From positions 1 to 64,000 of the forward strand of contig JBDKRC010000302.1 in the NCBI GenBank assembly GCA_039683575.1: a DNA stretch of 64,000 nt, given 5' to 3'. Positions 18,181 to 28,178 of this stretch are shown here, one piece after another (within the stretch, counting starts at the first letter, position 1; each line of letters begins with the position of its first letter). The position numbers were made by a program, and so were the translations under genes. Under the pieces are notes generated by a model, which saw only the letters and a list, made by a program, of their open reading frames with translations, did no database searches and was not told the DNA's origin. The DNA is from Armatimonadia bacterium. Its GTDB lineage: Bacteria; Armatimonadota; Zipacnadia; Zipacnadales; UBA11051.

Positions 18181-18879
18181 TCACAGCGCCGCCCCCGCGG
18201 GATACCGCAACTCTGATACCAAGTCTATGGCGTCGTCGTTCAACTCCGCGTGGTCGCCTGCCCACACCGTGGCCTCAGGAACGTATATCTGCTGCCCACC
18301 TCCGGTGGCATAGGGGCCGAAGACTTCAGTATTCCAGGTCATGTCGGCGCAATAGCCCGTGATGAGCACCACCCCGGCCTTCAGACGGTAGAGACTAACA
18401 CAGTAGGCATTGTTGTCCAGTGGTAGGGCGAACAGTCGGCAGGCCTCGTCCGGCAGGTACATGTAGTCCTGCTGCGACGGTGTGTACCAGCGGCCGAGCT
18501 TGTGCTCCGGGTCACCCCAATAGCGCGTGACATAGGTCGGGTAGCGCAGTTGCAGCACCTGCAGGGAGTGCGACCCGGAAGTGTCGTAGGAACTCAGGAG
18601 TTCGGTCGCCTGCTCCCGCGTCCTGCCGGTGACTTGCGCAACCGTCGTCAATACTGCGGGGTCTTCACGAACTCCTGACGCCAGAAGCGAACCGTAGATG
18701 GCGGTACCCGGCACCCCTGTGGCCTGAAACCGCAGAGTCGTGCCATCAACGACAACCGTACTCCATGTGGCGACTTCGCCAGCCCCGCCGCCACAACCGC
18801 CGAGCGTCAGCAGCGCAGCCAGCACCAGCAAGGCAACCGCCAACAGGCGCACCTCAAAGCTCGGACGAAAGCGTCTCAT
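18181..18879 (-). CDS. Lipoprotein with Tse6/TNT-like NAD(P)+ glycohydrolase-like domain
   Basis: AGGAG RBS; lipobox LGG-C; TRYWG..GRWYT..ALP..N..Y..G...G..A..GGGQQIYVP. An alternative start at 18930 overlaps the upstream stop (ATGA). Confidence 0.6.
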   Translation of the reverse strand: MRRFRPSFEVRLLAVALLVLAALLTLGGCGGGAGEVATWSTVVVDGTTLRFQATGVPGTAIYGSLLASGVREDPAVLTTVAQVTGRTREQATELLSSYDTSGSHSLQVLQLRYPTYVTRYWGDPEHKLGRWYTPSQQDYMYLPDEACRLFALPLDNNAYCVSLYRLKAGVVLITGYCADMTWNTEVFGPYATGGGQQIYVPEATVWAGDHAELNDDAIDLVSELRYPAGAAL

Positions 18880-18926
18880 ACCAGATATCTCCTGCGTCAT
18901 GATCGTGGACAGGTTGCAGGGGTAGT

Positions 18927-20570
18927 TCATTCAGAAGGGCCTACTGTGACTGACACGTTGCCGCCTGCCCCTCCCAGCGCCCGTAGTTCGCACAGCACAG
19001 GGGCGTCTCCCTCCGCCGCCACGAACCACTCAAGGTCGCGACCGTCCGTCAGGCCGCCGAGATGCCCCAGTGCCCGGTGCCCCGCTTCCGACAGCAGCCG
19101 AACACCCTTGGCGGGATGAAACTCGACGCGCACGCCCTGCAAACGCCTCAGGCCGCGTCCACGGTTGGACACGTGGGTAGGGAACTCGCCGCGGTTCGCC
19201 ACCCGGGCGCGGATGCGGTACGTACCGTCCGCGATGCGCTCGGCTCGCGCGTCCTCTACCATTACGCGCGGCTGCCGGCTCGCATGGGCCAGGGTGAATT
19301 GGTACGTGCCGGCCGCAATGCGCTTCAGGTCGTCCAGCGTCGGGTTGGACACGTGCCGGTGCAGCAGTCCCCCAATCTCGGCGTGCCCGAGTTGTGGGTG
19401 ATCGAAGGGCGTCCAGGGCGCAAAGACCGGGTCCCGCTTCTTCTGCTGGTCCCACCAGGCAAGCGTGTGGCGCATCAGCGCCTCGTGCTCCTGGTCTGAC
19501 CTTACCGCAAAGATGTCTGGCGTGGCGATCCCCGCGCTGTTCATCAGGATGCCCAGTTCGAACTCGAACACGAATAGTCCCAGGTGGCGGTAGCCAAAGT
19601 CGTGGAAATGCCCCCGCAGGTTGATATCGCGGGCGTCGTTGCGCCGGTACTTGACTACGGGGATCACCGGAAAGCCAGTGTGCTCGGAGCCGATCTCCGC
19701 CAACTCCCGCATGACCCTAACGTCTGCCTCATCCAGATCGCCGTCCGCGCCCGTCGAGGGCGGGCGCAGCACCGCATTGGGGCCGGTGTGGTAGCCCAGG
19801 ACTGCGAAGATATTCGGCCGGCTGAAGATGAAGTCGGCCAGGGCCCGCATTTCAGTCTCGCTGAAGGGAAAGTCACCGGCTCCCCACTGCTCGGGCTCGG
19901 GTCGCCAGTCATACGACCAGTTGCGGTTCCAGTCGAAGCTGCGACCCTCCACGGCGATGTGCTCGGTTCCATCCCAGTCATAGACCATGCCCTCGGGCAA
20001 TGTCCGGTAGAAGGGGGGCTTGCTCTCGCGCGTGCGCCTTACCAGCAGGCGCGGGTCCTCCGGGTCGGCCACGAAGGGGCCATTCGGGTGCGGCATGCGC
20101 ATCGTGAGGATCAGCCCGTCGCCGTTCACGTCTTCCTGGTAGAGCGTGTTGGCCACCCGGTCTGAGCGGTCCGTCCGACTGCGGATGCTTCCCGAGGTCG
20201 TCACGGCGAACTCGCCGCCATCCGGGTTGATCCTGGGGACGATATAGAAGGCTGTCCGCTGCAACACGTCTGACTTGTGGGCGTCGGCGAGTAGCTGTCG
20301 CGCCGTGAACAGCGCGGCATGGGTGCCAGCCAGCTCCACGGCATGTATGTTGCCATGGATGAGGTATGCCGGCTTGTCCTGCGCGGGGCCGGTGGAGGGA
20401 TCGGTGATGGTCAGCAGATGGATCGCCCGGCCGTCCCGCGAGGTGCCGATGGACGACAGAGAGACGAGGTCGGGCCTACTGGCCGCCAGCGCAGTTACAA
20501 ACTCGGTGAGTTCGTCATAGCCAAGAAAGTGCTCAAAGTGGAGCTCCGGGAGGTTACCAGTAGCGGGCAT
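18927..20570 (-). CDS. M14 family zinc carboxypeptidase
   Basis: GNIHAVE, PRINPDG, DWNRNW, PFSETE and GYHT motifs; AAGGAG RBS. Confidence 0.92.
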   Translation of the reverse strand: MPATGNLPELHFEHFLGYDELTEFVTALAASRPDLVSLSSIGTSRDGRAIHLLTITDPSTGPAQDKPAYLIHGNIHAVELAGTHAALFTARQLLADAHKSDVLQRTAFYIVPRINPDGGEFAVTTSGSIRSRTDRSDRVANTLYQEDVNGDGLILTMRMPHPNGPFVADPEDPRLLVRRTRESKPPFYRTLPEGMVYDWDGTEHIAVEGRSFDWNRNWSYDWRPEPEQWGAGDFPFSETEMRALADFIFSRPNIFAVLGYHTGPNAVLRPPSTGADGDLDEADVRVMRELAEIGSEHTGFPVIPVVKYRRNDARDINLRGHFHDFGYRHLGLFVFEFELGILMNSAGIATPDIFAVRSDQEHEALMRHTLAWWDQQKKRDPVFAPWTPFDHPQLGHAEIGGLLHRHVSNPTLDDLKRIAAGTYQFTLAHASRQPRVMVEDARAERIADGTYRIRARVANRGEFPTHVSNRGRGLRRLQGVRVEFHPAKGVRLLSEAGHRALGHLGGLTDGRDLEWFVAAEGDAPVLCELRALGGAGGNVSVTVGPSE

Positions 20571-20758
20571 GCTGCTCTCCTTTTGATAGGCAAAGCACGG
20601 CTGCACTGGTCGTTCGACGCAGATGCTACGTCTACCTGCGGCGAACTCACGCTCGTGAGATTGCGGGAGGACACTGCCCCGGAGGTGGTGAACCAGCCAT
20701 CAACTCCTGCGACATGACCTCAAAGCAGCGCTGGCTGCAGAAACCAAAGGACTAACAC

Positions 20759-21589
20759 ATGACTACATACGCAATATCAACCTGGCTGGTCGGGCATGTA
20801 CCCACCGACGAGGCAATCCGCCTCATGGCCGATTCCGGCTTCACACGGACCGAGCTCTCCGCCGACTGGGCGCCGATTGTCATTGCCTGGGAGCAGGCCC
20901 CTGTGGCTGTGTGCGCCCAACTGGCCGCGGCAGGGATCTCCGTGCCCTCGGTGCACAGCCCCGAGATGGGCCGGCGCCTGGACCTGCCGGATGACCAGGA
21001 GCGTTTGGCTTCTATACAAGACAATATCCGCTACTTCGGCCTGATGCAGGCCTGCGGCATCCCAGAGATCATCATCCATCCAGTGAGCGGCGCGGCCGGC
21101 CAGGACGGCGCGGCCTGGGCAGCGGTGCCGGGACGGGTCCGGGAGTCGCTGAGAACGCTGGCAGAGGCGGCTGGGGAAGCCGGCATCCGGCTGGCAGTGG
21201 AAAACCTCGCTGTCACAGGCCGACCGGGGTCAACGATGGCCTCGATTCTGGAGATGATCGACGGCCTCGGCGACCATGTGGGCCTGTGCATGGACATCGG
21301 CCACTCCCAGCAGGCGCATCTGGACCTGCTTGACGAGCTTTCCGTTGCCTTGTCGTCGGGGAAGCTATTGACTCTTCACCTGCACGATGTCGATCCGGCC
21401 GGCAAGGACCACTACATCCCGGGCGAGGGCTGCCTTGACTTCGAGCCATACCTGGGGATGCTGAGGGCTCATGGCTATGACGGCGGCCGGACCCTGGAGA
21501 TCGCAGCAGCGCCCGCGGAGATAGTTGCGGAGCGGATCCGGCAGGCGGCAGAGGCGCGGGAGCGGTGGCAGGCAAGCGATAGTTGTTGA
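20759..21589 (+). CDS. Sugar phosphate isomerase/epimerase (AP endonuclease 2 TIM barrel)
   Basis: LAVENL, CMDIGH, LHLHD, DH..PGEG and TLE motifs. Confidence 0.88.
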   Translation: MTTYAISTWLVGHVPTDEAIRLMADSGFTRTELSADWAPIVIAWEQAPVAVCAQLAAAGISVPSVHSPEMGRRLDLPDDQERLASIQDNIRYFGLMQACGIPEIIIHPVSGAAGQDGAAWAAVPGRVRESLRTLAEAAGEAGIRLAVENLAVTGRPGSTMASILEMIDGLGDHVGLCMDIGHSQQAHLDLLDELSVALSSGKLLTLHLHDVDPAGKDHYIPGEGCLDFEPYLGMLRAHGYDGGRTLEIAAAPAEIVAERIRQAAEARERWQASDSC

Positions 21590-21628
21590 TCAAGCACCAA
21601 CCGGCCGCACTTGATAAGGATGAGTGTC

Positions 21629-24600
21629 ATGTCCAGCTCTAGTCGTCACATGGCCAGGATTGCGATGCTGGCTGTAGTCCTGTTTGGGACGGTGAGTGTT
21701 TTGTCTGCCCAGAAGCCGCCAGCAATCGATTTTGCCGACTGGGAGGCACACCGCCTCCCGGTCGTACACCCAACCACCGCGATCAAGACCGTGGACCTGG
21801 CCCGCGCTAAGGAGATGGCTGCGCGCTATGAGTGGGCGCGGTCCTATGTGGAGGCCCAGAGACGCGCCGCCACAGCCATAGTGCCCGTCATTACCCCGGA
21901 GTATCTGGCTACGATGGTCGAGCGTACCACCCCTGGATGCACCGGCCCCTGCCCGGCATGCCGCGCCAAGGGCCTCCCCTGGCACCCCAGCGGGCAGTGG
22001 TCGTGGTCTAGCGACAAGCCAAATCAGCTCACCTGTCAGGTGTGCAAGACCGTCTTCCCCAATGAGCAGTACCCGGAGAGCATTGTCCTGCAGAGCAAGT
22101 GGGACCCTGAGCAGAAGTTTGGCTTCTGTGAGGGTGACACTTTCTCTTGCTTTGGCTATACGACCCGCCCCAGCTTCACTGGCATCATCCGGGGAAGGAA
22201 GATCAGCCACGTTACCGGGCAACTGCGGACGCTGGCATGGGCCTGCGCGCTCACGGGCGAGCCCACGTTTGCCCGTGCGGCCAAGGCCATCTTCCTGCGC
22301 TTCGCTGAGGTCCTGCCCAAGTACCTGGTACGCGCGGGCTATTGCTATGGGGAGTACGCCGACTGCGATCCACACGTGGCCGCCGAGCGCATCAGCAACC
22401 TGCCGACGGACGAACTGGCCTACCCGCCCAATAAGCCCGACCGCAAGCTGTGGGCGGGGTACTGGGCCGCCAGCCGTGTCGGCACCTCAGGCATGGACGG
22501 CTCATGGGTCTCGACGGTCACCCAGGCCTATGACTTGATCTGCACCGTCGAGGACAAGGGCGTTCCCGTGTTCTCTCCACAGGAGCGACAGCGCGTCGAG
22601 CGCGACGTGCTGCTTGAGAGCGCCTACCTGGCCGCCTGCGACACGGCGATCAACAACAAGTCGGTAGGCAACCGCGCGGGCGCGGCGATGGTGGGCATGT
22701 GCGTTGGCTACCCGCCGCTGGTGCACTTCGGCCTTGAGGGCTTCCGGAAGACTGTTGATGAATGGTTCCTGCCCGACGGCGGGACCTCAGAGTCGCCGGC
22801 CTATGCCATGATGACGATGGGAGGCATTGACGACTTCGGGCTGATGTTCCGTGACTACTCGGACCCGCCCGCGTACGTTCCCCCCGCCGACGCACAGCGG
22901 CTGGACCATTTCGATGCCTGCCGCGACACCCGCTACGGGGACTGCTGGCAGAGCCTGATCTGGAGCCTGCAGGGCAACCTGCGCTGGGCACCGCAGGCTG
23001 ACTCGTACCGCACCTCGTCTCTCGGGGCGGGCAACGCTGAGCTGATCGCGGCCGAGTACCCGACGGAGCAGCACCTGGCGCTGCTGAAGGAGTGCCTGGG
23101 CGGGAACCTGACGGGCGGCTCGCCTGACCGGGCGCTCTTCTACCGTGAGCCGGGCCTGGAAACCCGGACAGTGGCCCCCTTCGTGCTGCCAGACATCGTG
23201 TTCCCGTTCCTGTCACAGGGGTACCTGAGGACCGGGGCAACCGGGCACGACAGCATGGCGCTGCTCAATGCCAGCGACTACGGCGGGCACCACCACCTTG
23301 ATAGTCTTGATTTGTACTACTGGAAGGACGGCCGGGAGCTGCTCTCTGACCTGGGGTACCTTTGGGATCATCCAGATTCCTACCAGACTCGCAAGACCCT
23401 GTCCCATAACACGGTGCTCATCGACGGCGAGGATCAGAGGGGCAACGGGCGCGGCGGGAGCTTCGAATTATTCGCGACCACTCCCCGAGTCAAAGTCATG
23501 GAGGCTTCCTCGACCGCGTACGCCAAGGCCATCACCTACCGCCGCACGTGCGTGCAGGTTGACCACGGCTCTGCAGGCTCCTATCTGCTGGACGTCTTCC
23601 GGGCTGAGGGCGGTGGAGAACGGAAGTATGTCTTCCACGGTCCTGGCACAGACTACCGGGTCTCCGGCCTGACGCTTACGCCCAGTGCGACGACCACGCG
23701 GACGGTGCCCTTCGTGGTGCGCCTGCAACTGTCGCAGGTGAGCGAGATTCAGGTTGACGAGGCGGAGGTTCACCAACTGCTGCCGGATGGCAAGGAGGGG
23801 CCGAACCTGGTTGCTTCTCCCGGCAACGCCGAGGTGGGTTCCCATCCGGCTGGCTGGGGCTACTATGGTGGTGACGGCAGCGGCGAATGGGGCTTGGCGG
23901 AGGCGGGGCGCAGCGGGGGTAAGTGCGTTCAACTACGGGCGCTAAAGGCTCAGGAGACGGGCGACACGAAGGGCCGCGTGAACCTGGCGCTAACAATCGG
24001 CGAGTCTGACGGCTACAAGGGGGCGAAGGCCTTCCCCGGAATTGCCGGTGGAAAGTACGTCGTGCGCTTCTGGCTCAAGGGCAACGCGCCGGCGGTGAAC
24101 ATGGACTGCACCATGTGGCCTAATGATCCTTCCTCCCCGGCGGACCGGCGCTCTGTGGGCATCCGCAAGATCGAGGCCACACCGACATGGACCAAGGTGG
24201 AAGCGACCTTTGCCCTGTCCGACAGCCGTCTGAAGCTGGAGAACGCGCGCGAGGCTTCGGGTGGTGAGCCCTGGCAAGCCACCTGGACCCTCGACGACGG
24301 CTACACGTTCACCGCGATGGCCCCCGGCAACAGTCGCGAGACCGTCACCGTGGCCGATGGCTGGGGACAGCGGGACCATCGTAACAGCGACGTGGGCGCG
24401 AAGCTGCCCTATATTGTGCGCACCTGCAAAGGTCAGAGCCTTGACCAGTTCGTGACGGTGTTCGCGGGCGCGGCGAAGGGGCAGGCACTGGTTACAGGGG
24501 TACGGGTGCTGCCGTTGCCGGCAGGCGCCCCGCGAGACGCCGTCGCCGTCGAGGTGCAGACCACTGCGGGCACAGATCTAGTCGTGTCGATGCTGACCCC

Positions 24601-25024
24601 GCAGCCCCTGAGTCTGACCACCGCGCTCGGGCCGGTCCTGACTGACGGGCGGCTGGCTGCCGTCATTGGCGAAGCTGGCAAACCCACCGCGGCCGCCCTG
24701 GTGGGGGGGACAAAGCTCTCCGTGGCCGGTACGGACGTCACCTGCCCCGCGGCGACATACAGCGGGCGGATCGTTGAGAACGCCAGCGGGCGCGGGGAGT
24801 CGCACTACATGCTTGAGGGGAAGCTGGACGCAGGGCCGGGTCTCGTGGGCCAGACGCTGTTCGTGCAGGACGGGCCAATCCAGCGCGCCTACCCGATCCG
24901 GGGCCTGGAGACAGCGAACGACCAGACGAAGGTCTACACCAAGCGTGATAACGTAGGCTTTGAGGCGCGACCGGGTGCGACCTGGCAGGTGTTCCCTGTC
25001 GCGGCATGGGAGCGCAGGCCGTAA
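21629..25024 (+). CDS. Secreted heparinase II/III-like polysaccharide lyase with inserted CBM-like module
   Basis: Signal peptide; DGGTSESPAY, GHHHLDSL, DLGY and SHNTVLIDG motifs; PNLV..GW..GGKYVVRFWLKG..TWTKVEATF CBM-like insert. Confidence 0.8.
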   Translation: MSSSSRHMARIAMLAVVLFGTVSVLSAQKPPAIDFADWEAHRLPVVHPTTAIKTVDLARAKEMAARYEWARSYVEAQRRAATAIVPVITPEYLATMVERTTPGCTGPCPACRAKGLPWHPSGQWSWSSDKPNQLTCQVCKTVFPNEQYPESIVLQSKWDPEQKFGFCEGDTFSCFGYTTRPSFTGIIRGRKISHVTGQLRTLAWACALTGEPTFARAAKAIFLRFAEVLPKYLVRAGYCYGEYADCDPHVAAERISNLPTDELAYPPNKPDRKLWAGYWAASRVGTSGMDGSWVSTVTQAYDLICTVEDKGVPVFSPQERQRVERDVLLESAYLAACDTAINNKSVGNRAGAAMVGMCVGYPPLVHFGLEGFRKTVDEWFLPDGGTSESPAYAMMTMGGIDDFGLMFRDYSDPPAYVPPADAQRLDHFDACRDTRYGDCWQSLIWSLQGNLRWAPQADSYRTSSLGAGNAELIAAEYPTEQHLALLKECLGGNLTGGSPDRALFYREPGLETRTVAPFVLPDIVFPFLSQGYLRTGATGHDSMALLNASDYGGHHHLDSLDLYYWKDGRELLSDLGYLWDHPDSYQTRKTLSHNTVLIDGEDQRGNGRGGSFELFATTPRVKVMEASSTAYAKAITYRRTCVQVDHGSAGSYLLDVFRAEGGGERKYVFHGPGTDYRVSGLTLTPSATTTRTVPFVVRLQLSQVSEIQVDEAEVHQLLPDGKEGPNLVASPGNAEVGSHPAGWGYYGGDGSGEWGLAEAGRSGGKCVQLRALKAQETGDTKGRVNLALTIGESDGYKGAKAFPGIAGGKYVVRFWLKGNAPAVNMDCTMWPNDPSSPADRRSVGIRKIEATPTWTKVEATFALSDSRLKLENAREASGGEPWQATWTLDDGYTFTAMAPGNSRETVTVADGWGQRDHRNSDVGAKLPYIVRTCKGQSLDQFVTVFAGAAKGQALVTGVRVLPLPAGAPRDAVAVEVQTTAGTDLVVSMLTPQPLSLTTALGPVLTDGRLAAVIGEAGKPTAAALVGGTKLSVAGTDVTCPAATYSGRIVENASGRGESHYMLEGKLDAGPGLVGQTLFVQDGPIQRAYPIRGLETANDQTKVYTKRDNVGFEARPGATWQVFPVAAWERRP

Positions 25025-25027
25025 GGT

Positions 25028-26256
25028 CTATTTGGCAGCGAGACGGCTCTTGAGCCAGCAGTAGATGACATCGCCCATCTGGTTGTAGCCAGCCGGCGCG
25101 GGGTGCAGTCCGTTGCCATGCGCGCGATTTGCGTCTCAGCATGTGCGTTGGCTGGCGCGGTCTTCGTTGGATAGCCGTGAACGGTGTCGAGCTCCACGAA
25201 GACCGGCACCAGGTAGAGCCCCTCCGCCTCGCGCCCGCCGTAGGTCTGGTACTCGCGCTCGGTCGTGCGGTGCTGGTTGCGCCGGTACTGCCAGCGGGTC
25301 TGGCTGGTGCCGTAGTTGGCGCCGAAAGCGTCCTGACTGGCGGCTGGCGGGGTCATGGGCACGATCCCGATCTGCGCCTTTGGAGCCGCCGCACGGATTG
25401 CCGCGATGAGTTGGTCGAGGTAACTGAACATCGTGTCAATGCGTTGCTCGATGTCCGCCTCGGTCGCCGTGAAGTTGTCGTTGCCACCGAGCAGGATGGT
25501 GATGAAGTCGGGGGGCTGGCCAGCATTGTTGCGGTCGAGGTAACGCTGGAAGTCCAGCCGATGTTGCCCGTCGACCTCGAACAGGAACGGGCTGCGGCCG
25601 CGACGGCGCGCACCATCCTGCTCGACGAAGTCCTGCCCATCTGCCCAGTTCTCAACGAAGGTTCGGCAACTCCAGCCGCCGTAGCCCTCATGGCGGTTAC
25701 CAGTATCGCCCCCCGGACCGCCCTCCCCGATGAGCTTCAGATCAAGCGCCTTATCCTCTGCGGATAGAGCCACCAAACGCGCGGTATAGACCGACGCCGC
25801 TGTCCCGCTGGCGCCAACGCACAGCAGTGTGACTTTGCGCCCTGCCCCGGCTTTGGGATCGATCACGCGCAACGTCGTGGTCATCTCCACCACCGTCTGC
25901 ACCTCGGGCGTCACCACGCGCACCTTGAGCGGATGGTCGCCGACCTGCTCGACGGTAGGCATGGCCGTCCAGCGCTCTTCCTGGTGGGTGCCGAAATCGC
26001 AGTCAACATCCCAAAGTAAGCCCCGGCTATTGGGGCTCAGGATGATGTTATCAAAGTAGACGTTAGCCTCGACGCCCGGGAGAGCGTAGATCTCCGAAGG
26101 CAAGATGGGGCGCAGGTTGGACGTGGATGCAGCGACAGGCACGGGATTCACTGGTTTGGCCTCCTGATTGGGGCTGAGCTCTTGTGCATTGGCCCAACAA
26201 ATGGCCGCTGGCAGACATACGAGCGCCGTCATCATCCGCTTCCACGTCGGCTTCAT
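25028..26256 (-). pseudogene. SGNH/GDSL-family hydrolase with a 1-bp frameshift near the 3' end (pseudogene or sequencing error)
   Basis: GAS block I, HEGYGGW and LGGND; the catalytic NGLHPAPAGYNQMGDVIYCWLK block is in a shifted frame after ~25116 and ends at TAG 25028-25030. Confidence 0.8.
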
Positions 26257-26315
26257 GAGCGGCTGCTCCTCACGTGCGGGTCGGATTCTGACAGGTGTCT
26301 GCTGACACCGGAGGG

Positions 26316-28178
26316 TCACGGGATCTCGCATTCGCCGCCGACGGCGTCGAGATCGCCGAACTGCAGTTGGTGTAGGCGGTAGTAGGTCCCTCGTGCGGCC
26401 AGGAGGTCCGCGTGTGTGCCCTGCTCCACGATCCGGCCGCCCTCCAGGACCATGATGCGGTCAGACCGGCGGATGGTGCTGAGGCGGTGAGCGATCACGA
26501 AGGCCGTGCGTCCCTCCATCAGCCGCAGCATCGCCTGCTGGATGTGTACCTCGGTGCGGGTGTCTACGCTGCTGGTTGCCTCGTCGAGCACCAGTACCTT
26601 CGGGTCGGCCAGGACGGCGCGGGCGATGGCGATTAGCTGGCGCTGGCCCTGGCTGAGGCTGCCGCCGGCCTCGCTCAGAACCGTGTCGAAGCCGCGTGGC
26701 AGGCGGCGGATGAAGCCTGCGGCGTTGGCCACGACGGCGGCCTCTTCGACCTCGGCGTCAGTGGCGTCCAGCCGCCCGTAGCGGATGTTCTCGCGGACCG
26801 TATCGGCCAGTAGGAAAGTGTCCTGCAGCACGATGCCCAGTGCGCCTCGCAAGTCGTTACGCCGCACGTTGCGCAGGTCGTGACCGTCGAGTCGGATCAC
26901 ACCGCTCCCGACGTCATAGAAGCGGCTGAGCAGGTTGATGATCGTGGTCTTCCCGGCACCGGTGCTGCCGACCAGGGCGATGGTCTCACCGGCTTTGGCG
27001 GTGAAGGTAACGTCGCGCAGGACGGGCTTGTCCGGCACATAACCAAACTCCACGTGGTCGAACTCAACCTCCCCCCGCAGCTCTGTCAGCGCCACAGCGT
27101 CCGCGGCGTCTGGCGTTTCGGTGGGCTCGTCCAGTAGCCCAAACACCCGCTCGGCACCGGCGATGGCGGCCTGTACCGTGCCCCACAACTGCGCGAGTTG
27201 GTTGAGGGGGCGCGTGAAGTGCTGGGAGTAGTTGATGAAGGCAGCGACCACGCCGATGGTCGCCCAGCCGCGCAGGACCATCCAGGCGCCGGCAGCGGCA
27301 ATCACGGCGAAGGTGATGTTCCGCGACATGTTCATCGCCGGGCCCATGCTGCCCATGAGAATGCCTGCCCTGGTGGCGCTGCGGCGGAGGTTGGCATTGG
27401 CCTCGTCAAACCGGGCGGTCACCCCTGGCTCGCCACGGTACGCCACGACGGCTTGTTGACCACTGATAGTCTCTTCGACCAGGCCATTCAGTGTGCCCAG
27501 GTCGCGCTGACGGTCGCGGTACGCCTGGCGGCTGATCGTCGAGATGATGTGCGTGCTCACGAAGATGAGCGGCGTGGTGGCCGCCGTCACCAGCGCCAGA
27601 CGCCAGTTCATGAGCGCCATCGCAGTACCCGCCCCGAGGACGGTCAGGACGCTGGAGAGAAGCTGAGTCACCGTCTGGGCCAGGGCGTTGTTGACGGCGT
27701 CTGTGTCATTGGTCAGGCGACTCATGGTGTCGCCATGGGGGGTGGTGTCGAAGAAACGCAGCGGAAGGCGGGCCAGGCGCGCGAAGATATCGCGACGCAA
27801 GTCGCGCAAGGTCTTCTGCGAGAGGCGCAGCATCAGAACGGTTTGCGCCCAGGTACCGGCTGAGGACAGCACGAGGGCGGCGATCATCAGCCAGATGATC
27901 CGCCAGATGTCGCGCATCCGGTGGGGCTCGATGTACTTGTCTACTGAAAGGCCGATCAGATACGGGTTCAGCAGCGTCAGGCCGGTGCTTGCCACGACCA
28001 GCAGCGTGACCCAGGCCAGGCCCGCGCGGTAGCGCCGCAAGTAGCTCCACAAGCGCCGCAGGACCTCCGGGATGTTCTCCGCCTTGTCCACGTGGATCAT
28101 GCCGAGTGGCCCGCGCCCACGGTGCGGTCCCATCATTTCGTGCATGCCACCTGCCCCGCGCCGGTTAGACATGTGCAT
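26316..28178 (-). CDS. ABC exporter, fused TMD-NBD, subunit with canonical Walker B
   Basis: GSTGAGKTT, LSQGQRQ, LDEATSSVD and IAHRLST; TM region. Confidence 0.95.
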   Translation of the reverse strand: MHMSNRRGAGGMHEMMGPHRGRGPLGMIHVDKAENIPEVLRRLWSYLRRYRAGLAWVTLLVVASTGLTLLNPYLIGLSVDKYIEPHRMRDIWRIIWLMIAALVLSSAGTWAQTVLMLRLSQKTLRDLRRDIFARLARLPLRFFDTTPHGDTMSRLTNDTDAVNNALAQTVTQLLSSVLTVLGAGTAMALMNWRLALVTAATTPLIFVSTHIISTISRQAYRDRQRDLGTLNGLVEETISGQQAVVAYRGEPGVTARFDEANANLRRSATRAGILMGSMGPAMNMSRNITFAVIAAAGAWMVLRGWATIGVVAAFINYSQHFTRPLNQLAQLWGTVQAAIAGAERVFGLLDEPTETPDAADAVALTELRGEVEFDHVEFGYVPDKPVLRDVTFTAKAGETIALVGSTGAGKTTIINLLSRFYDVGSGVIRLDGHDLRNVRRNDLRGALGIVLQDTFLLADTVRENIRYGRLDATDAEVEEAAVVANAAGFIRRLPRGFDTVLSEAGGSLSQGQRQLIAIARAVLADPKVLVLDEATSSVDTRTEVHIQQAMLRLMEGRTAFVIAHRLSTIRRSDRIMVLEGGRIVEQGTHADLLAARGTYYRLHQLQFGDLDAVGGECEIP

